Shown: positions 7,986-16,265 of the stretch, one piece after another
How positions within the stretch are numbered: position 1 is the stretch's first letter
Layout: each line of letters begins with the position of its first letter
Virus record (IMG/VR): IMGVR_UViG_3300012200_000004
Coordinates: 1-43,731 of that record
DNA length: 43,731 nucleotides
DNA from: a virus
Taxonomy: Duplodnaviria > Caudoviricetes
Direction: 5' to 3' (one strand)
Notes under the pieces: generated by a model
Databases searched by the model: none
Seen by the model: only the letters and a program-made list of their open reading frames with translations
Told to the model about the DNA's origin: nothing
Translations under genes and position numbers: made by a program

Positions 7986-9458
7986 TCAGCTTTCGAGACG
8001 GTGCGCCAGAACGTCGGCGACCTTCGCGGCCAGGGCGTCCAGGTCGATCCCGCCCACCTGGATGGCGGCGACAGCGGCCTTGATGGCAGCGGCGTCGACC
8101 TTCACGGCGTCGGCAGCCTGAGCTGCCTCACGGGCCTGGAGGTAGGTCGCCTTCAGGTAGGACGTCGCCGTCCAGAACTTGTTGGTGTCGGTCGCGTCAT
8201 CAGGCGACGGGATAATGCCGTCGGTGCTGAAGATGGCGCGGATGTCGTCGGCGGAAAGTGCCACGTCTGCTCCTGTAGCGAGTTGGATGATGCGGGCGAA
8301 GTCCAGGTTGCCCGGGTCCCCGTGAAGGTTCTCGGGGACGTGCTGGTGACCCAAGTGGCCGTTATAGGCCAGCCAGGCCGTGTTGGACAGACGGACACCG
8401 TTCGCTGTGCCAGCCGATCCGGGGTACGCCTTCCAGGTGACCGTGGACTTGATCGGTACCTGGTGCTTGCTTTCGAGCCAGTTGACGAACTTCGCGACTT
8501 CGGCCAGCGCCCAGTCCGGAGCTTCCGGCCAGTAGATGAACTGACCCCTGTATCCGGCGGCATTCCAGTTGTCCCGAGTGCCCGGGTCGCACGTCCCCAC
8601 TAGTTCTACCTGGGCGACGTTAAGCGTGTTCGTCTCGACGCCGCCCGGCAGGTTCACCAGGGCGCGCGACGACTTGTCGATGTCGAAGTGCTGGTACCAC
8701 TTGACAGTTCGGGTCTTCGTGTCGGCCACCGCGGTGAGGGTCGGCGCCTCAGCCCCGCCGGAGTAGGTCGGCAGGACTCGCGTCTCCGTGGTGTGCCAGA
8801 CGAGCGTGTTGACGTTCATCTGCGAGCCGGGGTAGGCGTCGCCGTACCAGTGACTCAGATCGGCCCCCGGATACTTCTGCGGAGCTATCGCAGGAGCCGG
8901 TGTGGACGCTGCGCCCGCCCAGGCCTTCATGTCTGCCAGGGACGCGAAGTCGGCGACGTCGCTATCAAGCGGGCTGTCCGTGTACTGCTGGACGACCCAC
9001 TTGTCAGTGACGCGCGCCTTGCCCGGAGTGGTGTAGTCCGCGATCCACAGGCCGTCTCCGGCGTAGCTCGTGGTATCTACACTCTTCCAGAACGACGTGT
9101 TGCAGTAGAGGCCTACCTTGTGGCCGGTTGCCTTGGACTTGCACAACCGGATCCATTGGTCCTTCTCGGCGGTCGAGGGGTGGGTTCCACCCGTTGACTC
9201 CCAGTCGAACCAAAGGTGATCGCCAGGCTTGGCGTTGGCGTGCGCGAGGAAATAGTCGACCTGCGCAGTTACATTTCCGGCATGGCCGAAGTGGTAGAAC
9301 CCGACCGACAGTCCGTGCTGACGCGCCCAGGCGGTCTGGGCGGCGAGCCGGGGGTTGACGTACCCCGTCCCCTCGGTCGCCTTGATGATCGCGAAGCTCT
9401 TGCCCGCGACCGGGAACTGCTCGGCCTGGTAAGCCGAAACGTCGACGCCGTAGATCAC
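7986..9458 (-). CDS. endolysin: GH25 muramidase + amidase-2-like domain + helical C-terminus
   Basis: GVDVS, IKATEG, GFYHF, DWE, LWIADY (GH25); WHTTE, QVE, GHQHVPEN-x-HGDPG (Zn amidase). Confidence 0.88.
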   Translation of the reverse strand: MIYGVDVSAYQAEQFPVAGKSFAIIKATEGTGYVNPRLAAQTAWARQHGLSVGFYHFGHAGNVTAQVDYFLAHANAKPGDHLWFDWESTGGTHPSTAEKDQWIRLCKSKATGHKVGLYCNTSFWKSVDTTSYAGDGLWIADYTTPGKARVTDKWVVQQYTDSPLDSDVADFASLADMKAWAGAASTPAPAIAPQKYPGADLSHWYGDAYPGSQMNVNTLVWHTTETRVLPTYSGGAEAPTLTAVADTKTRTVKWYQHFDIDKSSRALVNLPGGVETNTLNVAQVELVGTCDPGTRDNWNAAGYRGQFIYWPEAPDWALAEVAKFVNWLESKHQVPIKSTVTWKAYPGSAGTANGVRLSNTAWLAYNGHLGHQHVPENLHGDPGNLDFARIIQLATGADVALSADDIRAIFSTDGIIPSPDDATDTNKFWTATSYLKATYLQAREAAQAADAVKVDAAAIKAAVAAIQVGGIDLDALAAKVADVLAHRLES

Positions 9459-9607
9459 CGCCCGCTCCTTTGCGCCCGCACCGCGCGGACAGCCTGGACG
9501 GGCCTAGCCATACGGCCGTTCTGGACTCGCTGACCACTGGGCTGCGGCGAGTTGGCCGTCCCCGGTCGCGCTCCGGGCTTACGGGCCTTCTCGTTGAAAT
9601 TAGCCAT
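9455..9607 (-). CDS. small basic hypothetical protein (50 aa)
   Basis: ATG at 9607 coupled to upstream stop, GGAGG RBS; stop overlaps lysin start. Confidence 0.5.
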   Translation of the reverse strand: MANFNEKARKPGARPGTANSPQPSGQRVQNGRMARPVQAVRAVRAQRSGR

Positions 9608-9978
9608 CAGCCCTCCTTCCCTTCCTCGATTTCGATGCACTTCTGCAGATAGTGCAACGCCTTCTTGAGATCTTGCACGGCGGGACCCTTGTCGCCTGCT
9701 CGGAGCAGGTACTTCAGGGTGTTCGCCCGCCACGGGTCAAGATTGTACTCTTCCCAGATGTCCCACGGCTGGATCTTGTGGATGCGGTAATGGTCGCCAC
9801 CAACCTGGCCATGGCGGACGCCCAGCACCTCCTTGGAGATGTCGGTCAGGCTGATGCGGGCGTCCCCCTTGCGGCCGTATCGCAGGCGCCAGGCATCCCC
9901 GCTGGGGTCAGATCCCTGATGCCTGCACTCCTTGGCGTGCCCCCAGAAGCAGGGGTCCTCTTCAGGCTTCTTAGCCAC
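9607..9978 (-). CDS. DUF3310 (SaV-like) protein
   Basis: QVGGDHY..IQPWD...N-x-LKYL-x-RAG-x-KG...DLKKA-x-HYL. Confidence 0.85.
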   Translation of the reverse strand: MAKKPEEDPCFWGHAKECRHQGSDPSGDAWRLRYGRKGDARISLTDISKEVLGVRHGQVGGDHYRIHKIQPWDIWEEYNLDPWRANTLKYLLRAGDKGPAVQDLKKALHYLQKCIEIEEGKEG

Positions 9979-10135
9979 GCTCGACCTCGCTCACGATGAC
10001 CGCGTCGCCCGAAATGAGAGCGACCACGTCGGCCCACTTCATGCCGTTGGCGTGGAGCAAGTAGTAGGCGCCGGGGCTGGCCTGACGCTTCTGGGCGTCC
10101 TCGATGATGCTGGCGATTGACTCCCCGAGGTTCAC
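9971..10135 (-). CDS. hypothetical protein (54 aa)
   Basis: Manually translated; GGAGG RBS; coupled to neighbours. Confidence 0.55.
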   Translation of the reverse strand: MNLGESIASIIEDAQKRQASPGAYYLLHANGMKWADVVALISGDAVIVSEVERG

Positions 10136-10257
10136 CGGTTCCTCCACTCGAAGCGGATCTTCTGGTTGGCGCCCAGGACCATGATTCGGATCCGCGGGTT
10201 GACCTGGGTGGGCTGGGACGCGGCCTTCTTCTTGACCGCACCCTTCTTCGGTGCCAT
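10132..10257 (-). CDS. small Lys-rich protein (41 aa)
   Basis: MAPKKGAVKKKAAS...FEWRNR; TGATG/GTGA coupling. Confidence 0.55.
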   Translation of the reverse strand: MAPKKGAVKKKAASQPTQVNPRIRIMVLGANQKIRFEWRNR

Positions 10258-10400
10258 CAGTGTCCTACCTTTCCGCTGCCATTGCAGCGCTTACAGGGAT
10301 CCGACACCCAGTGAGTGCCGGTAGTGCCATCAGATCGAGGGAACGTGCCGTACCGGAACACCCGGCCAGTCCCCGAACAGTCTCTACAGTCTCGGGTCAT
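10257..10400 (-). CDS. DnaJ-type zinc-finger microprotein (47 aa)
   Basis: CRDCSGTG...CKRCNGSG (2x CxxCxGxG). Confidence 0.7.
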   Translation of the reverse strand: MTRDCRDCSGTGRVFRYGTFPRSDGTTGTHWVSDPCKRCNGSGKVGH

Positions 10401-10546
10401 CGCCAGACCTTACCGGCGCCGCCACAGCCAGGGCAGGTAACCGCGCGGTCGACCAGCACGTATTCCTTGGCCTGGTGATCCCAGACCTGGACGGGCTTGA
10501 CGACCTGCCCGCAACCGGCGCACTCACTGCACTGAACTTCCTTCAT
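10397..10546 (-). CDS. DnaJ-type zinc-finger microprotein (49 aa)
   Basis: CSECAGCG...CPGCGGAG (2x CxxCxGxG). Confidence 0.7.
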   Translation of the reverse strand: MKEVQCSECAGCGQVVKPVQVWDHQAKEYVLVDRAVTCPGCGGAGKVWR

Positions 10547-10781
10547 TCCGTGATCCATGCCGGTAGCACCTCCCCCTGTCGACGACTACGCCCAGCACCT
10601 GATGGTGCCCGGCTTCGGGTTTCACCCCACACGTACATGAGGCCCCGTAACCGACCGAGTCCGCCCAGTTGACCTTCTCTCGGGCGGACTCGGCGATCTC
10701 CCGGCCACGCTCCGGTGTGATAGCGCAGCACATCATGCCGCAGTCACACCGGAGATGACCGGCCTGACACTTCTTAGCCAC
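10524..10781 (-). CDS. Cys-rich hypothetical protein
   Basis: 85-aa ORF filling the operon gap. Confidence 0.45.
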   Translation of the reverse strand: MAKKCQAGHLRCDCGMMCCAITPERGREIAESAREKVNWADSVGYGASCTCGVKPEAGHHQVLGVVVDRGRCYRHGSRNEGSSVQ

Positions 10782-10953
10782 GGACCATGCCGATGACGAG
10801 CAGGGCGATCAGGGCGACATAGGCGACGACGCAAACCGCAGCCTGCTTCGGGGTGGTGACCGTCTTACGCTCCTTGCCGATCGACGTGACGGTAGCGACG
10901 ATGGCCAGGGTATAGATGCCGATCAGGAAGGATGCCAGGACGGTGGGAATCAT
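10774..10953 (-). CDS. small membrane protein, 2 TM (59 aa)
   Basis: Manually translated; two hydrophobic stretches; AGGAG RBS. Confidence 0.65.
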   Translation of the reverse strand: MIPTVLASFLIGIYTLAIVATVTSIGKERKTVTTPKQAAVCVVAYVALIALLVIGMVRG

Positions 10954-10967
10954 CTTTTCTCCTAGGG

Positions 10968-11906
10968 CTAGTACTTGTAGCAGGCGACACCCGTGGTGTA
11001 GATGTCAACCGAGGACCCCTTGGCCGCGTAACCGCCGCCGAGGGCCGATTCGTTTTGCAGGACCCAATCGGCGGCGTCCGGGAAGTCGGCGTTGACCGTC
11101 TTCTTCAGGATTCCGTCGATGTAGAACCGCAGACGCCCGGGAACGATCTCCTGGGAGTAGGTGTGCCATCCGGTCCACGCCGCGTTGGGCAGCAGGTCCC
11201 CCGCGGACTCGCTGAATCCGTGGGTGAAAACCGAGATGGGGTCCGACTTGAAGTTGCCGCCCGCTTCGGGGAAGTCGACTTCGTTGGGGGTGTACCGCAG
11301 GTGGGCCATCTTGAAACCGTCGACGGCCACCGATGACACCCGGGTCCGCTCGGTGAACTTCCCGTAGCGCAGGTTCATGCACTTCAGGGGCACCGGGGCG
11401 GAGACGTGATTCGAGCCGCCAGCCGCGGGGCGGAACATGTGGACCTTGAGCTGGCCGTCACCGGACGCGGTCCTGATGACCGACGTGGTGTCCTCGGGGC
11501 GGTAGTAGCCACCGAACGTCCGCCCACCATTACCGTCGGCGCCGGATGTCGCGGTGTCCGCCCAGCCTGAAGGATAGGCGCCCAGAGAGCCGTAGTATCG
11601 GGTCCCTGAGAGTCCAGCGCATTTGAAGTCGCCGTCTCCGGCGCAGTTCTTGAACCGGCCGAGCGGGACCTGCTGGGCGTTGAACGACTCGCTGTAGAGC
11701 TGCCTGAACGGCCCGCAGTCGCCGACCGGGGTGGAGTCGTTGATGGTATGGCAGGCATCCTGAGAGGGGGTGGCCGCGAACGCCCGAGGGGATAGGGCGA
11801 CACCGGTGCCGAGCAGGGCGCCGACCAGGAAAGCTGATACGCACTGCCGCCGTCGGCCGTTTGGGCTGGGCGGCTCGGGTGTCGGGGGGTGACCTTCGCT
11901 ACTCAT
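10968..11906 (-). CDS. secreted GH16/ConA-like glycoside hydrolase
   Basis: Signal-peptide-like N-terminus (RRR, hydrophobic core, AFA); YGKF, EVDFPE (ExDxxE), WHTY..E, FYIDG. Confidence 0.75.
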   Translation of the reverse strand: MSSEGHPPTPEPPSPNGRRRQCVSAFLVGALLGTGVALSPRAFAATPSQDACHTINDSTPVGDCGPFRQLYSESFNAQQVPLGRFKNCAGDGDFKCAGLSGTRYYGSLGAYPSGWADTATSGADGNGGRTFGGYYRPEDTTSVIRTASGDGQLKVHMFRPAAGGSNHVSAPVPLKCMNLRYGKFTERTRVSSVAVDGFKMAHLRYTPNEVDFPEAGGNFKSDPISVFTHGFSESAGDLLPNAAWTGWHTYSQEIVPGRLRFYIDGILKKTVNADFPDAADWVLQNESALGGGYAAKGSSVDIYTTGVACYKY

Positions 11907-11921
11907 GGTTACTCCAGTCGA

Positions 11922-11963
11922 GTTGACTATGACCTAGACGAGTATGACCAGGTCACAGTCAAC
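11922..11963. promoter_or_regulatory. imperfect inverted repeat upstream of the GH16-like gene
   Basis: GTTGACT-A-TGACCT...AGGTCA-C-AGTCAAC with internal TATGACC direct repeat. Confidence 0.45.
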
Positions 11964-11974
11964 CTTAGGCCTGT

Positions 11975-12739
11975 CTAGGGCTTGTAGACGCGCCCATCGT
12001 AGGTAAACCGGCACGACGGTGTCATCATGACGAGCTGGTCGTAAGTCTGGCGTCCGTCGACCACGAACAAGCCGAAAGCCTTCTGCCAGTTGGGCGCCGC
12101 GGACTTGATATAGGTCGCGGACGCCTCGAGCATTCCGTTACCGACCTCCATGCCGGTGATCCGGCGACGCGAGCCCTGCATGCCGATCGTGGTCGAAACC
12201 GAACCGGCGCGGTGCGTGTGCCCGCAGACCACCGACTCGCCCCAACGGTTCGCCAGGCCGAAAGCCGTACGGCCAGACACCTGATTGAGGCCGCCTTCGT
12301 CGCCGTGCGCTGCGATCCATCCGGGTGCCATCTTGAACGGCTTGGCGCGGAGGATGTTCTTCTTGCCCTTGATCTCGAAGAGGCGGGACAGGTTCCACTC
12401 GGAGTCGTCCCCGCCCAGTGCGGGCGCGTATTTGTCGATGTAGTCCTCGACGCGCCGATCGTGGTTGCCGACCTTGACCCAGTCGAACTCGAACAGCCGG
12501 ATGATCTCGCGGGTGGCCTTGACGTCTCGCCAGAAAGTTCCGGCGAATTCCCCGGCGCCGCTCTTGTTCCAGCGCCCGACCTGGGGCTGGTCCATCAGGT
12601 CGCCGATCTGGCCGACTTCCACGGTGTCGAAGTTCTTCGACTTCCGCATCTCATCGACGAACTTCTTCATCACCCGGATGTACTTCGGGTCCTGAAACGG
12701 GACTTGAAGATCTGCCAGGACGATGATCAGCTTGCTCAT
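11975..12739 (-). CDS. calcineurin-like metallophosphoesterase
   Basis: DLQ, GDLMD, GNHD, HGD, GHTHR motifs; start reset to ATG after GGAGG. Confidence 0.9.
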   Translation of the reverse strand: MSKLIIVLADLQVPFQDPKYIRVMKKFVDEMRKSKNFDTVEVGQIGDLMDQPQVGRWNKSGAGEFAGTFWRDVKATREIIRLFEFDWVKVGNHDRRVEDYIDKYAPALGGDDSEWNLSRLFEIKGKKNILRAKPFKMAPGWIAAHGDEGGLNQVSGRTAFGLANRWGESVVCGHTHRAGSVSTTIGMQGSRRRITGMEVGNGMLEASATYIKSAAPNWQKAFGLFVVDGRQTYDQLVMMTPSCRFTYDGRVYKP

Positions 12740-12845
12740 GCGGATGTCCTCCGAGGTGTAGGGCGTGGCCCAAGAGTGTCCAGCTCCCACAAGGATTAGT
12801 GGAGAGGGCCACGCCCTAGTTTATGGGGTACTAACGTGGGAGGAG

Positions 12846-12917
12846 CTCCCTCACCTGGATTCGAACCAGGAACCTACGGATTAACAGTCCGTTGCGCTGC
12901 CGTTGCGCCATGAGGGA
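12846..12917 (-). tRNA. tRNA-Asn(GTT), CCA not encoded
   Basis: Full cloverleaf: TCCCTCA/TGAGGGA acceptor, ACGGA-CTGTTAA-TCCGT, CCTGG-TTCGAAT-CCAGG, G73. Confidence 0.95.
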
Positions 12918-12921
12918 TTGA

Positions 12922-12951
12922 AGGTCCACCCCGATTAGTGGGCGGGGTGGA
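12922..12951 (-). terminator. GC-rich hairpin between the SSB-like gene and tRNA-Asn
   Basis: GGTCCACCCCG...CGGGGTGGACC inverted repeat. Confidence 0.5.
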
Positions 12952-12961
12952 CCCGGCCTTA

Positions 12962-13573
12962 CTAGCGGCCGACGACCGCCCAGATGCCCTCAGCGGCCTC
13001 CTGAGTGGTACCCGGGGGAAGGTTCACGCCCTTCGCGGCGAGAGCGGCCACCAGGCCGGGGTCAACGACCGGGGCAGCGGCAGGGGCACCCCAGGCCGGG
13101 GCCGCCGGAGCGGAAGCCTGGCCACCCCAGGCGGGCGCTGCCGGTGTAGCCGGAGCGTTCCAGGCGGGCGCGGTAGGAGGGGTCTGCACCTGCGGCTGGG
13201 CGAACTGGTTCCGCGGATTGGCGGCCAGGTAGGCCTCGGCCTTCGCGACGTCCTCCGCGGTGTGCGGGGACAGGAGCCACGGCGGGTTGCCCTTGGTGTT
13301 CTGGCCCTGGCCGAGGCGCCCGAGAACCATGCCATCGGGGACTGCAGTCTTGAGCTGGGTGACGAGAGCGGTGGCGAAGATCAGGGCGTTGTCGAGGATG
13401 CGGCCGTTCTCCAGGTTCACAACCCGGGTCGACACCGCGTCGGACTCGCCGTGGGCGGTGGTGATGCCCTGCTTGAACTCGGTCGGGAAGAAGAGCAGAA
13501 GCGCGCCGTTGTGCTCCGCGGCAACGAACTTGTCCTCGGGGTTGGCGATCGCGGGCTGCTGGAACTGGGACAT
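12962..13573 (-). CDS. putative ssDNA-binding / recombination-associated protein with Pro-Ala-Trp repeat tail
   Basis: Beta-rich N-domain, low-complexity tail with 3x APAW; lies downstream of the Cas4-like nuclease. Confidence 0.45.
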   Translation of the reverse strand: MSQFQQPAIANPEDKFVAAEHNGALLLFFPTEFKQGITTAHGESDAVSTRVVNLENGRILDNALIFATALVTQLKTAVPDGMVLGRLGQGQNTKGNPPWLLSPHTAEDVAKAEAYLAANPRNQFAQPQVQTPPTAPAWNAPATPAAPAWGGQASAPAAPAWGAPAAAPVVDPGLVAALAAKGVNLPPGTTQEAAEGIWAVVGR

Positions 13574-13658
13574 GTGGACCTCTCGTAGGTTAGGGCTTGA
13601 TCCTACTTGGCGGCAGTGACGCCGCCTCACAGGAGTTATGTACCCGGATTCCCCGGGG

Positions 13659-13814
13659 TTATACCTTCTTCAGGAAGAATTTCTTCCCGGATCCTTCGTT
13701 GATCTTGATCAGGTAGAGCCGGATCTTGTAGACCGAGGCCCTGGTCAGATGGACGTCCGAGCACGGCTTGTGCTTCTCGCCGTCCCGTTCCTGCACGGTC
13801 ACTTGCCAGGGCAT
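13659..13814 (-). CDS. hypothetical protein (51 aa)
   Basis: Manually translated MPWQVTVQ...FFLKKV; abuts upstream stop. Confidence 0.55.
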   Translation of the reverse strand: MPWQVTVQERDGEKHKPCSDVHLTRASVYKIRLYLIKINEGSGKKFFLKKV

Positions 13815-13970
13815 CTACTTGCCCCCGGAAACTTCAGTGACCAACTCGCAATCAACACAGATGACCACCCAGTCGTCGGGAGCCATTTCCTGAACCGAAA
13901 ACCCGGGACCGATCGGCTCCCCGCACCAGGGGCAGGGACTTCCGGTCAGGGTGTCAATAAAACCGATCAT
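13815..13970 (-). CDS. zinc-finger microprotein (51 aa)
   Basis: CPWCG...CVDC; ATGA coupling. Confidence 0.6.
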   Translation of the reverse strand: MIGFIDTLTGSPCPWCGEPIGPGFSVQEMAPDDWVVICVDCELVTEVSGGK

Positions 13971-15415
13971 GCGCCTGGGCACCCTTTCTGCATCCCCGCA
14001 TCCTTCTTCAGGTGGAACGGGCAGTACCGGCAATCGTCGGCGACGTCGATCGTCGCTGCGATTTCCAGCTTCATCCGAGTGTCGCCGTTGAGCCTCGCGC
14101 CGATCCTCTCGACCCGATCCAACGCCGCTTGGGCGAACCTCCGGTCGTACTTCTCCGTCCAGACGTGCATCTCGTCCAAAGAGCTGCCAGCGCGCGGCAG
14201 ACCGACGATCGCGACCGACTTGACCCGCTCCCCCGACCTCTCCGCGCCGAGCCCGTAGACGTGCGCCTGGGTCCTGTACGTGGCCGACGGGCCCTCGGCC
14301 TTGAACTTCTTGAGCGAGTAGGCACCCATCACCTTCCAGTCAACGACCGTACCGTCACGGCGGTCGAGCAGGTCGGTAGTGCCGCGGGGCACGGTCGGCG
14401 AACCGGTGAACACCGGAAGCTCGACCGCATACCGCCCGGTACCGGCGTCAGCGAAGGTATAGATGTTCGCCATGCCCTCATGGGTACACGTCCCGACGAA
14501 AGCCGCCCAGCCATCCCCACCGGCGTTGACCGGGGGAATTCCCATCAGGGACATCGCCAGGCGACGATCACAAGGAGTGCCGATCTCACTCGGGCCGAGA
14601 GTCGTCTGAGCCGAGCGGTTGTCCGTCGACTTTCTGTTCGAGTACGAATAGAACGTTTCCTTGATCTTGGTCGCCAGTTCCTTGGCCAGGTCGCCCATCG
14701 GCTCGGCCCTGACCGTCTCGTATGCCGGGGGCTGAAGGAACACCAGGGTCGGCGGGATCCACTCCCCCGGCTGAAGGAACGGGCTGAACGGCTGAAGGAA
14801 CCGGCTGAACGTCACGCCGAGCGAGAAAGGACTTTCGTCGGGCGGCAGCTTGGGCGATTCCTTCGAGGTACTCGTCGACGCCGTCGAGGACTCCGTAGGA
14901 GCATCCTCCGTAATGTCCGAATCTACGGCTGGTAGCTGCACACTCTGGGCACCACATTCATCGCTCCCGGTTGAACCATTTGATGTATTCGAGGACTCCG
15001 GGGAGCTCGTCTCCGTGGATGCAGAAGAGTCGGCACTCGGTACAGAAAGGATCTCGTCCAGCGTCTTCACCTGCTCCGTCGCCAGCTCGACCTTCTCCGG
15101 CAGCTCCAGGTTCACCAGTCGAACTCCGCTCGTCTCGCATCGTTCGCCTTTCGTCTGATGGGGCTCGAAGTAGCCGAGCCGGGTCAGCTTGACCTTCCGG
15201 TCACACCGCGGGCAGGTAGCGAAGTCGACCCCTTCCTTCGGCACTCCGTCCTCTTTCCTGTCGGTCTCCGGACCGGCGTCCAACAGGTGCTGAGGGATCG
15301 GCTCGGAAGCGTTGACGCAACGGTCACCGGCCCCGTCGCTGTGCGTGCGGTACCGGTTGTTCGCCGTGGCCGTGACCACCTTCGAGCAGTCCGTGCACAG
15401 GTAGCGATCAGCCAT
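13967..15415 (-). CDS. Cas4-like PD-(D/E)XK exonuclease with N-terminal Zn-binding repeats and S/T-rich linker
   Basis: GPSEIG-x-x-C, GT-x-x-H, G-x-x-D, DWK, Q-x-x-x-Y, C-x-x-C-P...C. Confidence 0.88.
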   Translation of the reverse strand: MADRYLCTDCSKVVTATANNRYRTHSDGAGDRCVNASEPIPQHLLDAGPETDRKEDGVPKEGVDFATCPRCDRKVKLTRLGYFEPHQTKGERCETSGVRLVNLELPEKVELATEQVKTLDEILSVPSADSSASTETSSPESSNTSNGSTGSDECGAQSVQLPAVDSDITEDAPTESSTASTSTSKESPKLPPDESPFSLGVTFSRFLQPFSPFLQPGEWIPPTLVFLQPPAYETVRAEPMGDLAKELATKIKETFYSYSNRKSTDNRSAQTTLGPSEIGTPCDRRLAMSLMGIPPVNAGGDGWAAFVGTCTHEGMANIYTFADAGTGRYAVELPVFTGSPTVPRGTTDLLDRRDGTVVDWKVMGAYSLKKFKAEGPSATYRTQAHVYGLGAERSGERVKSVAIVGLPRAGSSLDEMHVWTEKYDRRFAQAALDRVERIGARLNGDTRMKLEIAATIDVADDCRYCPFHLKKDAGMQKGCPGA

Positions 15416-15569
15416 CTCTGCCCTCCCTCTCCGCCTCGACCTTCGCGAGCGCCGCGCGCAGGTTCACGGCATGACCCCCTTCGCCGTAAACAACGTCGTC
15501 GTCGCCGTAATACACCTCGTCGTACAGCACGGCGTGCAGGGCCTCAAGCTCCTCGTCAGTCAGATTCAT
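15408..15569 (-). CDS. hypothetical acidic protein (53 aa)
   Basis: Manually translated; AAGGAG RBS. Confidence 0.6.
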   Translation of the reverse strand: MNLTDEELEALHAVLYDEVYYGDDDVVYGEGGHAVNLRAALAKVEAEREGRDG

Positions 15570-16014
15570 CGCGGTTCTCCTTGTGGATTGCGATCAGCCC
15601 CAGCCGTGCGGCCGGAGGGTGCTCTAGAGTGTCCGCCGCCGCACGCAGCAGTTCCGGACTGTCGCGGAAATGCCCGAGGATCTTATTACAGGGCCCGCAA
15701 GCCAGCATCCTGACCAGGCCAGTCTTGTGGTCGTGGTCGACGGCCAGCCGCCTCGTGGCCCCAGTGGCCCGACGACAGATAGCACACTTGCCGCCCTGGA
15801 AGGTATACAGGGCCTCGTAGGCGCCCGCAGGAAGGCCGTAGACCTTCTGGTTGCGGTTCTCTGCGGCAGCCGCCTTCCGGCGCTTCTTCTCGGCCCGCCA
15901 ATGAGTAGCGCACCGCTTGCCGGAATCGGGTACGACCGGGCGGGGATTGCGCGGGGGGCCGGAATCAATCCCGACCTTCGCGATCCACTCGGCCGTACAG
16001 TCCTTGCAGATCAC
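15556..16014 (-). CDS. endonuclease VII-like nuclease (candidate resolvase)
   Basis: YGL...Y...QGGKCAIC...LAVDHDH-x-TG-x-VR-x-L-x-C-x-x-CN. Confidence 0.9.
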   Translation of the reverse strand: MICKDCTAEWIAKVGIDSGPPRNPRPVVPDSGKRCATHWRAEKKRRKAAAAENRNQKVYGLPAGAYEALYTFQGGKCAICRRATGATRRLAVDHDHKTGLVRMLACGPCNKILGHFRDSPELLRAAADTLEHPPAARLGLIAIHKENRDESD

Positions 16015-16265
16015 CACGTCGCGACCTCGGCCTTGATCTCCTGGAACCGCGGGTTGACGGCCAGCGCCGGGGTCAGGAACTCCTGAAGGAGAAGGCCACA
16101 GCGACCGCACAGCGCGGCATCGCGGCGAGAGCCCACGCCAGGCACGACCGCCCGGACGAACACCGTACCGATCATCGACGCGTCGGCCATCAGGAGGGTC
16201 TCGCACCGGTCGCATTCAGCTTCGCTGGCCAGAGCCTCGGCTCGCGCTTCGAGTTCGTCGTTCAT
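16011..16265 (-). CDS. zinc-finger hypothetical protein
   Basis: CDRC...CGRC; coupled to neighbours. Confidence 0.6.
   Translation of the reverse strand: MNDELEARAEALASEAECDRCETLLMADASMIGTVFVRAVVPGVGSRRDAALCGRCGLLLQEFLTPALAVNPRFQEIKAEVATW

Noticed and set aside
13967-15415. Cas4 as evidence of a CRISPR-Cas system
   Set aside because: No repeat-spacer array or other cas genes seen; solo Cas4-like exonucleases are ordinary phage recombination genes
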